This document shows positions 32,782 through 41,849 of a DNA stretch of 64,000 nucleotides, one piece after another (the stretch's first letter is position 1; each line of letters begins with the position of its first letter). Both the position numbers and the translations under genes were made by a program. This stretch comes from Lachnospiraceae bacterium. Lineage in GTDB: Bacteria; Bacillota; Clostridia; Lachnospirales; Lachnospiraceae. Below the pieces are notes generated by a model that was given only the letters and a program-made list of their open reading frames with translations, was not told where the DNA came from and searched no databases. The stretch is from positions 2,922 to 66,921 of the forward strand of contig JAFVBO010000124.1 in assembly GCA_017479935.1 (NCBI GenBank). The letters run 5' to 3'.

Positions 32782-33036
32782 GGCCTAAGACGCCGGAGAG
32801 ATTTCCGTCAGCTACGGAAGCTTCGGGGAGTACCACTAATGGCAACGGAGCGCCGCACAGACGCCGGGGCACATTTCGGAACCCCGTCTGATGACGGTGT
32901 TCCTCCGGTACCCCTGAAATCGCGGTATGGGTAATACCGCGATTTCGCGTCAATGCAGCCCTTCGCTGCCATAAGTGGTACTTTTCCCTTGCTCCCATGT
33001 AGCTGCCTTGGAAATTCTCCTCCGCCGTCTTTGGCC
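32782..33036. promoter_or_regulatory. candidate structured RNA / leader (nested long-range helices)
   Basis: Outer helix 32782-98 / 33020-36 (15 of 17 bp). Second helix 32830-44 / 32967-81 (14 of 15 bp). A 13-bp hairpin lies at 32916-46, with several smaller hairpins. On the minus strand, CUCCUCC (about 32720-28) can pair with the GGAGGAG SD of gene 31572..32645. Confidence 0.4.
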
Positions 33037-33485
33037 TTGCTTTACCTAACACCTGCTGTTCTTAGCGTATTCTGAACGTTTTTCGTTTCTTCTTTCTCAG
33101 GAAATAAAGCAGATCCACGATCCAGTCTGAATGATTTTCAATTCTAAGCCAGCTCGTCCAGACGCTTAAGATCATGATGACAAAGTAGATGGCATTCTGC
33201 AGGGCATAGCCAGAGGTGGCTGTCATCACAGCACGGCTTCGGCGCAAAAATGCTGTAGTCTGCTGTAAATCTGCTGTAACTCGTAAATTCCTGATAAATA
33301 GAGGCGGGCAGCCGCGGCAGACAGCTCAGACTTCTACAAAGCGCAAAATACTCTTCCCTGTATTCATCCGACCTCATATAATCATTGATGGAAGCAAAGG
33401 AAATCCGGGTGAGACAAAAGGACTTTGCATACGACCAAGAAATGAAAGGGATCCCACATGTCTCTTGTCAGAAAGGAGAAGGAGC

Positions 33486-34079
33486 ATGGATAACGGTGCA
33501 AGTAGCTACCGCCGTTTCCGTGAAGGTGACGATGAAGGCATCGTGCAAATTGTGCGAGATTACAAAGACGGACTGATTCTCTATCTGCGCGAATATGTTG
33601 CGTCCATTCATACGGCGGAGGAGCTAGCGGAAGACACGTTCTTCCGGCTCATGATCAAAAAGCCGAATTTTTCCGGAAAAAGCTCGTTCAAATCCTGGCT
33701 CTACGCCATCGGCCGGCATATTGCGATCGACTACGTGCGAAAAAATGCCCGGCAGGTACAGGTATCGCCGGAGGAACAGGATGCCGGCCTGCGCCGGAAC
33801 GCTGGGTCGGAACCGGCTTATCCGGAAGAGGAAGCGGATCTGGAGCGAACCTATCTGAAAAAAGAGCAAAAGCTCCAGCTTCATGAAGCCATGAAAAAGC
33901 TGTCGCCTGATTACAGGCAAATTCTTTGGCTCAGCTATTTCGAAGAGCTTTCGAACGAGGAAATCGCCGTAGTGATGAAAAAGAATTCCCGTCAGATCAG
34001 AAATCTCCTGTATCGCGCGAAAATGTCTCTCAGATCGGTTCTGGAAAAGGAGGGTTTTGATTATGAAGACTTCGGATGA
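33486..34079 (+). CDS. ECF-type RNA polymerase sigma-70 family factor
   Basis: AAGGAG RBS plus ATG at 33486. Region 2 is 'SFKSWLYAIGRHIAIDYVRK' and region 4 is 'LSPDYRQILWLSYFEELSNEEIAVVMK'. Confidence 0.85.
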   Translation: MDNGASSYRRFREGDDEGIVQIVRDYKDGLILYLREYVASIHTAEELAEDTFFRLMIKKPNFSGKSSFKSWLYAIGRHIAIDYVRKNARQVQVSPEEQDAGLRRNAGSEPAYPEEEADLERTYLKKEQKLQLHEAMKKLSPDYRQILWLSYFEELSNEEIAVVMKKNSRQIRNLLYRAKMSLRSVLEKEGFDYEDFG

Positions 34080-35631
34080 AATGGTACAGAGTTTATTAGA
34101 GCGAAGAGAAAAATATCTGCACGAGCAGGCGGAAACACGCCTGCGCCGCATGAGAATCCTAAAGCCGGTCGCCACTCTTGGCCTGGCGGTGCTCGTTTTC
34201 TTCGGATGTTGGAAGGGGGGAATCATACGCTTCGGAGAGGATGCTCCCGATACGCTCTATGTCCCGAAAGAGTATATCACGGGTGGAGAAGGTAGTTTCA
34301 TAACTACAGGAGGAGAAGCAGGTTTCGCAACCACAGGCGGGGAAGGTGGTTTCACAACCGCTGGGGGTTCGGAGTCGGGAAGCCTCCTGACAGGCGGGAT
34401 CCCAATTCTTTCCCTGTCGGGATGCATACCGAGGCCTGCCGGGAATACGGGCGAACAGGAGCCTGCGCTTTCAAATGAGGCGCCAATAGAGCCGGAAGCC
34501 TTGACAGAGGTGGCCGACCGGGACGGAAAGCACCTGGGGCAGATCGACAGCCGCGCCAATTGCACGGCCGTGGAAAATGGGATTTTTTACAGTGTCCTGG
34601 CACTGACGGATTATTCCATGTCAGGAACGGCCCAGTTTCACTTCTTCCGGCCGGACGACGGAACGGATACACTGCTTGGAACGCTTCCCGACATGAACTA
34701 TGAAGCATCCTATGCCCGCAGAGAGTTTAACGGTGTCGTCTATACGCTGGCGGTTACCGGAAATCTGTTTGACGCGGAAGCGGATCCTTTGTGGCTGCTC
34801 GCTTTTGACTGCAAAAAAGGAACTATGAAAAAGTTACTTGTCACCGATAGCGGGTTTCCGTACACAGCCATGGCGGTCGTGAACGGGAAGCTTCTGATCA
34901 TGAGCCATGATATGCCCAAAACGGGCCCTGGCAAACAGGAACCGCAGACAGATAGGGTCTATGCGTTTGACCCCGTCTCCGGAGAGATCCACGCAATCCT
35001 GTCCTTCCCGGTGGAGGATCCCGGTTCCCCCGCGAAGCGGAAAGAAAGCGACAGTCTGCGAAGCCTTTGCGCAGACGGCGATGGCTTTTGTCTGCTCCGC
35101 CTGCACATTTACGAGGACCAGCACACGGAACTGTTTCTGGACCGCTATGGGCGCGATTGCCGGAAGCTTTCCGAGGAATCTTTAAAGGACCCGCTTTACA
35201 AAGCCGCGGCAAATGAACTTCTCCCGGAAGATGTGGAAGACGACCTGGCGACGCACACGGGCGTCTTCGCCCTGGCGAGCGGGCGGTATCTGTTCTATGA
35301 AAGCTTTGGCATCACCCGCGCGCTTGTGGATCTGGAAACGAAAGAAATCCTGTTTGACAAGGGCGGCGATTACGCCCTCTCCGTTGGAAGCGGAATCCCG
35401 GCCATTTATCGGATCGATTACGGCGATCCAGACGTAAACCAAACGCCTTCCGGGGCTTTCATTTTAAGGGACGGCGCACTGGAACTTCTTCCGTTTTCTT
35501 TCCTGGACAGCGGCTCCATGGTTCGAAGCGTTTCCCGTTCCGCCACCGGAACATGGGTGTTGCGCACAGCGGAGGCGCGTGTCGACGGCAGCGCGCCGGA
35601 TGTTGTTTATTGGTGGACAGAAGAAGAATAG
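34063..35631 (+). CDS. membrane-anchored protein downstream of the ECF sigma (putative anti-sigma / sensor)
   Basis: It overlaps the sigma gene's 3' end. It has a short cytoplasmic N-terminus, one TM (LGLAVLVFFGCW), GGE(G/A)GF repeats and a large external domain. Confidence 0.6.
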   Translation: MKTSDEMVQSLLERREKYLHEQAETRLRRMRILKPVATLGLAVLVFFGCWKGGIIRFGEDAPDTLYVPKEYITGGEGSFITTGGEAGFATTGGEGGFTTAGGSESGSLLTGGIPILSLSGCIPRPAGNTGEQEPALSNEAPIEPEALTEVADRDGKHLGQIDSRANCTAVENGIFYSVLALTDYSMSGTAQFHFFRPDDGTDTLLGTLPDMNYEASYARREFNGVVYTLAVTGNLFDAEADPLWLLAFDCKKGTMKKLLVTDSGFPYTAMAVVNGKLLIMSHDMPKTGPGKQEPQTDRVYAFDPVSGEIHAILSFPVEDPGSPAKRKESDSLRSLCADGDGFCLLRLHIYEDQHTELFLDRYGRDCRKLSEESLKDPLYKAAANELLPEDVEDDLATHTGVFALASGRYLFYESFGITRALVDLETKEILFDKGGDYALSVGSGIPAIYRIDYGDPDVNQTPSGAFILRDGALELLPFSFLDSGSMVRSVSRSATGTWVLRTAEARVDGSAPDVVYWWTEEE

Positions 35632-35648
35632 ATTTTCTGAAGGGGAAA

Positions 35649-35745
35649 GGTGACAGGGGACGGGTCTGTGTCACAATTACTGACAGATGTCAGAAATTGT
35701 GACACAGGCCCGTCCCCTGTCATCTCAGACCCGTCCCCTGTCAGC
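35649..35745. repeat. palindromic repeat cluster F
   Basis: GGTGACAGGGGACGGGTCTGTGTCACAATT is followed by the mini-palindrome CTGACAGATGTCAG, then AATTGTGACACAGGCCCGTCCCCTGTCAT and CTCAGACCCGTCCCCTGTCAGC + TTTTTT. The final TCA is the stop of gene 35741..36139. Confidence 0.9.
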
Positions 35746-36139
35746 TTTTTTCATTCAGTTCCTTCTCTATCTTCCCCAAGGTTCTAAAAAACCTATAGGT
35801 AGCAACCGCAGGGCCCATCAGAAGCAAGCCAAACACATTCCAGCCGAACATATGCCACCAGGATGTATGCGGCCCTGGGATGCCCATTGCTTCCGCTTTC
35901 ACTTTCAATTCTTCGGAAATGCGTGCCATCCACACGAGCGTATAGATGAACAAGGTTGGAATGCCAAGAAGGTACGCTTTCCAGTACGGCATTACCTTGT
36001 GCCCCAGGACCGACTCAATCTCGTCCTGTAAACCACGGCGCATATAAACGAGAAAGAACAAGCCCGCCGTGAAAAAATCGATAAGCCCCAGCAAAAAGCC
36101 AGGGCGATTGGTGTTTTTATACTTCATGTTTTCCATCAT
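35741..36139 (-). CDS. small membrane protein (DUF4234-like)
   Basis: 132 aa with 3-4 TM segments and 'LIDFFTAGLFFLVYMRR'. The family assignment is tentative. Confidence 0.5.
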   Translation of the reverse strand: MMENMKYKNTNRPGFLLGLIDFFTAGLFFLVYMRRGLQDEIESVLGHKVMPYWKAYLLGIPTLFIYTLVWMARISEELKVKAEAMGIPGPHTSWWHMFGWNVFGLLLMGPAVATYRFFRTLGKIEKELNEKS

Positions 36140-36160
36140 TCCATTGCTTTCGAAATTGAA

Positions 36161-36187
36161 GCTGACAAGGGTCGGTTCTCTGTCAGC
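36161..36187. repeat. degenerate palindromic repeat unit H
   Basis: GCTGACAAGGGTCGGTTCTCTGTCAGC keeps the GCTGACA/TGTCAGC termini. Compared with cluster B the loop has 3 substitutions. Confidence 0.6.
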
Positions 36188-36193
36188 TCCCTC

Positions 36194-36610
36194 TTATCCC
36201 AGCACCATCAGCAGCGTCCCCGCTCCAATCATGATGCAACCAATCAGGCTCTTCACTGAAAAATCCTCATGAAGGAACACAAAGGCCAATACCAGCGTGA
36301 TAATCACACTCAGCTTGTCAATCGGCACCACCTTAGAGGCATCTCCCATCTGGAGCGCCTTATAGTAACAAAGCCAGGAGGCTCCTGTCGCCAATCCGGA
36401 CAGAATCAGGAAAATCCAGCTTTTGGGGCTGATATCTTTCAAGCCGTTCTGTGCGTTTGTCAAAAATACCATGCCCCAGGCCATGGCTACCACAACCATG
36501 GTACGGATTGCGGTCGCCAGATTGGAATTCACGCCCTCAATGCCAATCTTGGCGAGAATAGATGTCAAGGCTGCGAACACCGCGGACCCTAACGCAAACC
36601 AGAACCACAT
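36194..36610 (-). CDS. EamA-like (DMT superfamily) small transporter
   Basis: ATG at 36610, then 'MWFWFALGSAVFAALTSILAKIG', 4-5 TM segments, and a single EamA domain length. Confidence 0.7.
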   Translation of the reverse strand: MWFWFALGSAVFAALTSILAKIGIEGVNSNLATAIRTMVVVAMAWGMVFLTNAQNGLKDISPKSWIFLILSGLATGASWLCYYKALQMGDASKVVPIDKLSVIITLVLAFVFLHEDFSVKSLIGCIMIGAGTLLMVLG

Positions 36611-36921
36611 ACTGCGCCTCCTCAAGTTTCCTTTGATAAAAATATTGTTTTTGTCAACTGATAAACTTCATCAAAATAATCATCAATTAAGTTCAGTCAA
36701 ATCAAGGATATTATACTACCCACTCCGCTCAGCGTCAACCTTCACATCCCTATTTGATGCGGCCTTTGTCATCCATTCGCAAATAAATATTTACTTTTGA
36801 ATATTATCGTGCTAAAATGTATAAAAATACACAGTCATTCCGTGCAGAATTCCACGCACCGGCATGAATCGTTACGCACATTTCACTTTGGGCACAATGC
36901 TTACTCAGAAAGGAGGCACCT

Positions 36922-39015
36922 ATGGTTGGCTTTACAGCAATCCTATTCACTGGTATCGGCGCGCTTCTCGCCCTTGCCTTTTCACTTTGGAAATATTTCA
37001 GCGTTCAAAAACAGCCGGAGGGCACCCCGGAAATGGCCCGGATTTCGCGGTCCATTTCCGAGGGTGCAAATGCCTATCTGAAGAGGCAGTACGGAGGCGT
37101 CGGTCTTTTTATGGCTGTCGTCTTTCTCCTCATGGCTTTTCTGGCTGTTGGGGGAATGCTCACCTGGTTCACGCCGTTTGCCTTCATTACCGGCGCGTTC
37201 TTTTCAGGCCTGTCCGGATTTATTGGGATGAAAACCGCCACCATGGCAAACTGCCGCACGGCCAATGCCGCTTCGAAGAGTCTGAACGGAGGGCTGCGGG
37301 TTGCGTTCGATGCCGGTTCCGTCATGGGGTTCACCGTTGTCGGGCTCGGACTTCTGGATCTGACGCTATGGTATTTTCTTTTGAATAATGTCTTTCACCT
37401 GGAGCTAAATGAAATCACCGCTAATATGCTTACCTTCGGGATGGGCGCTTCCTCCATGGCTCTGTTTGCCCGCGTGGGCGGTGGGATCTTCACAAAAGCG
37501 GCCGATGTGGGAGCCGATCTTGTTGGTAAAGTCGAAGCCGGCATCCCGGAAGATGATCCCCGCAATCCAGCGGTTATCGCCGATAACGTAGGGGATAACG
37601 TGGGTGATGTAGCCGGTATGGGAGCCGATCTGTACGAATCGTACGTCGGTTCCATTATATCCACCGCCGCCTTAGGGGTAGCCGCCGGCTACGGTGAAAA
37701 CGGCGTCGCCCTTCCGCTTCTTCTGGCCGCCCTGGGCGTGGTGGCCTCCATCGCTGGCACCTTTTTCGTCAAAACAAAAGAAAGCGCTTCCCAGAAGAAT
37801 CTTCTGAAAGCGCTGCGCACCGGAACCTATATTTCCGCTGGTCTGGTTCTTCTCATTGCCTTGATCGCCGTACGATTGCTTTTGCCATCCCACTCAGGAA
37901 TTTACTGGTCTATCCTCTCCGGTCTGATTGCGGGTGTTCTGATCGGTGCCATTACTGAATACTATACTTCAGACAGCTATAAACCCACACAACATCTGGC
38001 GGACTCCTCGCAGACAGGCGCGTCCACCATCGTGATCAACGGCCTGTCGCTGGGAATGCTCTCCACGCTGGGGCCTGTCATCGTTGTCTGTGCGGCAGTT
38101 CTCATCGCCTTTTACTGCGCCCGCGGCGCTGATGGCAACTTCTATCAGGGATTGTATGGCATCGGGATCTCCGCGGTAGGTATGCTTTCTACACTTGGCA
38201 TTACACTGGCAACGGACGCCTATGGTCCGATCGCCGATAATGCGGGCGGCATTGCGGAGATGACCGGTCTGCCGCCGGAAGTGCGCGAACGGACCGACGC
38301 CTTGGATTCCCTTGGCAATACCACCGCCGCCACGGGAAAGGGCTTTGCCATCGGTTCCGCGGCGCTGACAGCGCTGGCCTTAATGGTTTCTTACATCAAC
38401 AAGGTGGAGACCATCTCCGCTGCCAGCCAAAGCACTTTTGTGTTCAACCTGTCCCTCACCAACCCTTCTGTACTGGTCGGATTGTTCATCGGAGGCGTGC
38501 TTCCGTTTCTGTTCGCCGCCCTCACAATGTCTGCCGTCGGCAAAGCCGCCCAGGCCATCGTCATGGAAGTGCGCCGCCAGTTCCATGAAATCACGGGCCT
38601 CCTGGAAGGCCAGGCGGAACCGGATTACCGCACCTGCGTGGACATGTGCACCAGATCCGCCCAGAAGCTGATGATCGCGCCTACGCTGATCGCCATGATC
38701 ATTCCGGTTCTTGTCGGCCTGATCCTTGGGCCCGACGCGGTGGTGGCCCTCCTTGCCGGCAATACGGTCACCGGCTTTGTGCTCGCCATCATGATGAGCA
38801 ACGCCGGCGGCGCCTGGGACAATGCCAAGAAATATATCGAAGCCGGTCATTTAGGCGGCAAAGGTTCGGACAATCATAAAGCTGCCGTCGTGGGTGATAC
38901 CGTCGGTGATCCTTTTAAGGACACCTCCGGGCCGTCCATCAACATCCTGATTAAGCTCTGTTCAACGGTTTCCATTGTATTTGCCGGGTTGACTGTGGCG
39001 ATACATATTTTGTGA
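36922..39015 (+). CDS. hppA: membrane-bound proton/sodium-translocating pyrophosphatase
   Basis: 697 aa with the hallmark H+-PPase motifs 'GGGIFTKAADVGADLVGKVE', 'DNVGDNVGD' and 'GDTVGDPFKDTSGPS'. Confidence 0.95.
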   Translation: MVGFTAILFTGIGALLALAFSLWKYFSVQKQPEGTPEMARISRSISEGANAYLKRQYGGVGLFMAVVFLLMAFLAVGGMLTWFTPFAFITGAFFSGLSGFIGMKTATMANCRTANAASKSLNGGLRVAFDAGSVMGFTVVGLGLLDLTLWYFLLNNVFHLELNEITANMLTFGMGASSMALFARVGGGIFTKAADVGADLVGKVEAGIPEDDPRNPAVIADNVGDNVGDVAGMGADLYESYVGSIISTAALGVAAGYGENGVALPLLLAALGVVASIAGTFFVKTKESASQKNLLKALRTGTYISAGLVLLIALIAVRLLLPSHSGIYWSILSGLIAGVLIGAITEYYTSDSYKPTQHLADSSQTGASTIVINGLSLGMLSTLGPVIVVCAAVLIAFYCARGADGNFYQGLYGIGISAVGMLSTLGITLATDAYGPIADNAGGIAEMTGLPPEVRERTDALDSLGNTTAATGKGFAIGSAALTALALMVSYINKVETISAASQSTFVFNLSLTNPSVLVGLFIGGVLPFLFAALTMSAVGKAAQAIVMEVRRQFHEITGLLEGQAEPDYRTCVDMCTRSAQKLMIAPTLIAMIIPVLVGLILGPDAVVALLAGNTVTGFVLAIMMSNAGGAWDNAKKYIEAGHLGGKGSDNHKAAVVGDTVGDPFKDTSGPSINILIKLCSTVSIVFAGLTVAIHIL

Positions 39016-39033
39016 TACAAATATAAAAAAGTT

Positions 39034-39056
39034 GAAGGGGACGGTTCTGTGTCAGC
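39034..39056. repeat. palindromic repeat, partial single unit G
   Basis: GAAGGGGACGGTTCTGTGTCAGC + TTTTTT lies between the hppA stop and the P-type ATPase stop. Confidence 0.75.
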
Positions 39057-39060
39057 TTTT

Positions 39061-41145
39061 TTATGTCTGCGGCAGCAGCGGCGTCAGGCAGTCCATGCTT
39101 AAGAGAAGCGTAGAGCCGTTGTGCAGAAGAGCGGACATTGCCGGCGACAACAGTCCGAAAGCGCCGAGGGCGATCAGGCTTCCGTTGAAGCCCATCACAA
39201 AGCGGTAATTCCTGTCGATACGCTTCATCAGTCTCTCGGATAGTCTCCGCAGCAGCACCAGCTCCCGCAGATCCTCCGCGGCGATCGTGATGTCCGCCAC
39301 CTCACGGGCAACGCTGGCTCCGCTTCCGATCGCGATTCCCACATCCGCCAACGACAGGGCAGGCGCGTCGTTGATGCCATCACCGATCATGGCGATAGTC
39401 TGTCCCCGTCCTTGTGCCTCGCGAATGAAAGCAGCCTTGTCTTCGGGCAGTACCTCCGCACAAAACTCATCGATCCCGAGCTCTCTCGCGATGGCGGCCG
39501 CCGTATTACGGTTGTCCCCGGTGAGCATGACGATATGGCCGACGCCGGCCTCATGCAGAAGCTCCACCATCTCCTTCGCCTCCGGGCGCAGCGGATCATA
39601 GATTCCAATGGCTGCTGAGAGGACGCCACCGATCGCCAGATAAAGCCATGAGCGGTCCGATGTCAGCGCATCGAATGCCCTCTTATCTTCGGGCAGTACG
39701 GTCGCCCCTTCATCCTCAAAGACAAAATGACGGCTGCCGATGACAACGCGCTCCTCCCCGATCCGTGAGGCGATCCCATGAGCCACCACGTACTCCACTT
39801 CCCGGTGCATCTCCTGGTGATCAAGGCCCCGTTCCTTCGCAGCCCTGACCACGGCATTCGCCACGGAATGGGGAAAATGTTCCTCCAGGCAGGCGGCGAC
39901 CCGCAGCATCTCCCTCTCGTTCTGGCCGTGGAAGGCCACCACATCACACACCGTAGGGCAGGCGTTCGTAAGCGTACCCGTCTTATCAAAAACAACCGTA
40001 TCCGTCTGGCTTAAGATCTCCATGTACTTGCCGCCCTTGACCGTGATCCTGTGTCTGCCGGCTTCCCGCATGGCGGACAGAACGCTTAAGGGCATGGAAA
40101 GCTTCAGCGCGCAGGAAAAGTCCACCATCAACACCGAAACCGCCCTTGACGCATTACCGGTCAGGAGCCAGGTAAGAAGGCTTCCGCCAAGACACCAGGG
40201 AACCAGTTTGTCCGCCAGCGTGTACGCGTGTCTCTCGGTGCCGGACTTCAGGCGTTCCGATTCCTCAATCATCCGTACAATGCGGTCATAGCGGTTTTCA
40301 CCGGCGGCATGCGTCACGCGAACCACACAGTTTCCCTCCTCCACGACCGAGCCTGCGAAAACAGCCGAGCCCGTGCGCTTCGCAACCGGAACGGATTCGC
40401 CGGTAAGGGAGGCCTGATTGACCATCACCTCACCCTGATCCAGGATCCCATCCAACGGCAGCACGTGCCCGGTATGAACCACAATCCTGTCTCCGGCCTC
40501 AATGCTTGTAAGCGGTACCAGTGCCTGCTTCCCGTCTTCCTCAAGCCGCCAGACCTGATCCACATGCAGGGACATGCTCTTCGCCAGATCGTCCACCGAC
40601 TTCTTGTGTGTCCACTCATCCAGCGTATCGCCGAGTCCTAAAAGAAAGCGCACCGATCCGGCGGTCGAATAGTCGCCGGTCAGGAGAGAGGCGCCAAGGG
40701 CAACACCGTCCAGAACCTCCACGGTAAGCTTCCTCTGCGCCAATGTTTTCGCAGCCAGCCACAGGCGGGGAATAGCGCGCAGAGTATTGATCATCCTGCG
40801 CACCGGCACAGGAAGAAACAGCCTCTTTGCGCAGTGCCCCAGCACCTGGAAAACCATTTTTTCCTTATACTCCCGGTTGATACGGCGACTGTTTACGCTA
40901 AGCACATGCGCCTCTTTCCTTGCTTCCTCATAGGAAAAGCGCGACAGCTGTCGATAAAGGGAAGCCCGGTCCCCGTGAAACAGAATGATCAGGTTTCCCA
41001 GCCTCTCGTGTACGGTCACCTGATCAACACCGGGAAGGGCCAGGATCCAGGCCTCAAGAAGATCCGCCTGTTCCATGCTTATGGAACGCTGTGCTGCTTT
41101 CAGGCGCACCCGCCCTGTGCTTTCATGAAGAATCTGAAACCTCAT
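39061..41145 (-). CDS. P1B-type (heavy-metal-like) P-type ATPase with SCA transmembrane motif
   Basis: 'DKTGTLT', 'TGDN' and 'GDGINDAP' are present. TM6 reads 'FSCALKLS' instead of CPC. The N-terminal domain lacks CxxC. Confidence 0.85.
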   Translation of the reverse strand: MRFQILHESTGRVRLKAAQRSISMEQADLLEAWILALPGVDQVTVHERLGNLIILFHGDRASLYRQLSRFSYEEARKEAHVLSVNSRRINREYKEKMVFQVLGHCAKRLFLPVPVRRMINTLRAIPRLWLAAKTLAQRKLTVEVLDGVALGASLLTGDYSTAGSVRFLLGLGDTLDEWTHKKSVDDLAKSMSLHVDQVWRLEEDGKQALVPLTSIEAGDRIVVHTGHVLPLDGILDQGEVMVNQASLTGESVPVAKRTGSAVFAGSVVEEGNCVVRVTHAAGENRYDRIVRMIEESERLKSGTERHAYTLADKLVPWCLGGSLLTWLLTGNASRAVSVLMVDFSCALKLSMPLSVLSAMREAGRHRITVKGGKYMEILSQTDTVVFDKTGTLTNACPTVCDVVAFHGQNEREMLRVAACLEEHFPHSVANAVVRAAKERGLDHQEMHREVEYVVAHGIASRIGEERVVIGSRHFVFEDEGATVLPEDKRAFDALTSDRSWLYLAIGGVLSAAIGIYDPLRPEAKEMVELLHEAGVGHIVMLTGDNRNTAAAIARELGIDEFCAEVLPEDKAAFIREAQGRGQTIAMIGDGINDAPALSLADVGIAIGSGASVAREVADITIAAEDLRELVLLRRLSERLMKRIDRNYRFVMGFNGSLIALGAFGLLSPAMSALLHNGSTLLLSMDCLTPLLPQT

Positions 41146-41414
41146 GCCTGTTCGCCATCTTCGATAAACGCAGCCTCTTCTTCCGCTTTCTTTGCGGTCC
41201 TTGCTTCGTTGATCGCCTTTGCGTCAGCCAGAATGTCCGAGCAGTTCTCCTGTACATTCTCTACATCTCGCATGATCTCGTCCTTGCAGCGAAGCACAGC
41301 CGCCGTGACATGCGTATAAACCTTGCGTGCGTCCTCACTGCCGAGCAGTTTAAGGCCAGCAGAGCCAAAAAGTGTTCCTCCGACAAATAATGCAATCTTT
41401 CCTACTGGAATCAT
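41142..41414 (-). CDS. small protein (DUF6110-like), translationally coupled to the ATPase
   Basis: GGAGGACAGGAAGG RBS plus ATG at 41414. It has one N-terminal hydrophobic segment and an acidic C-terminus. Its stop overlaps the ATPase ATG (ATGA). Confidence 0.6.
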   Translation of the reverse strand: MIPVGKIALFVGGTLFGSAGLKLLGSEDARKVYTHVTAAVLRCKDEIMRDVENVQENCSDILADAKAINEARTAKKAEEEAAFIEDGEQA

Positions 41415-41620
41415 CCTTCCTGTCCTCCTTTTTCCCGGCTTATGCCGGATTGATTTTCTTCCCGTTCTTCCTCGGGGATCGTCTTCACGCGAAAAACGAA
41501 ATAAAAAAAGTGACAGACCCATACGATGGCCAGGATCATGCAGGGAATCCAGATTCCTTTCCGTGCCATCATGAAGAAACCAAAGCCCATCAGAAGCGTG
41601 ACAGTGGCAATGATCGACAT
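41411..41620 (-). CDS. small 2-TM membrane protein
   Basis: 69 aa (MSIIATVTLLMGFGFFMMARKGIWIPCMILAIVWVCHFFYF...). Its stop overlaps the next start (ATGA). Confidence 0.5.
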   Translation of the reverse strand: MSIIATVTLLMGFGFFMMARKGIWIPCMILAIVWVCHFFYFVFRVKTIPEEEREENQSGISREKGGQEG

Positions 41621-41745
41621 CTTCGTCTGTTTGCCACTATTTGTTAGAATAAGCTAACCATTCAGGTAAAAAAAAGAGCCGGAATAAGTTATGCGCTTCT
41701 AACCGGCTCATATTATAGAACACTTTCCTCACAAATGCAAGAAAA

Positions 41746-41771
41746 TCTGACACCGAACCATCTCCTGTCGG
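41746..41771. repeat. degenerate palindromic repeat unit I
   Basis: TCTGACACCGAACCATCTCCTGTCGG resembles TCTGACACAGAACCGTCCCCTGTCAG with about 4 changes. It lies 3' of the STAND gene. Confidence 0.5.
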
Positions 41772-41849
41772 TTAGATCCTGGCCGGATCATACTGTGCTT
41801 CCTCAAGATTCATTTACAATCTTCCCTATCATTTTATCCACCTGTCAAC

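Noticed and set aside
32782-33036. Assignment of the structured element to the cobalamin or T-box riboswitch classes.
   Set aside because: No B12-box-like sequence and no GGUG..AAUCC core was found. AGGGGTACCGGAG only partly resembles the T-box GGGTGGTACCGCG, and the downstream gene is neither an aminoacyl-tRNA synthetase nor an amino-acid gene. A ydaO-like class remains possible but unproven.
33062-33377. Two overlapping minus-strand ORFs (33062..33247 and 33144..33377) as a possible frameshifted membrane-protein gene.
   Set aside because: There are no recognisable motifs, RBS or start context. It may be another decayed fragment, but the sequence alone gives too little support to call it.
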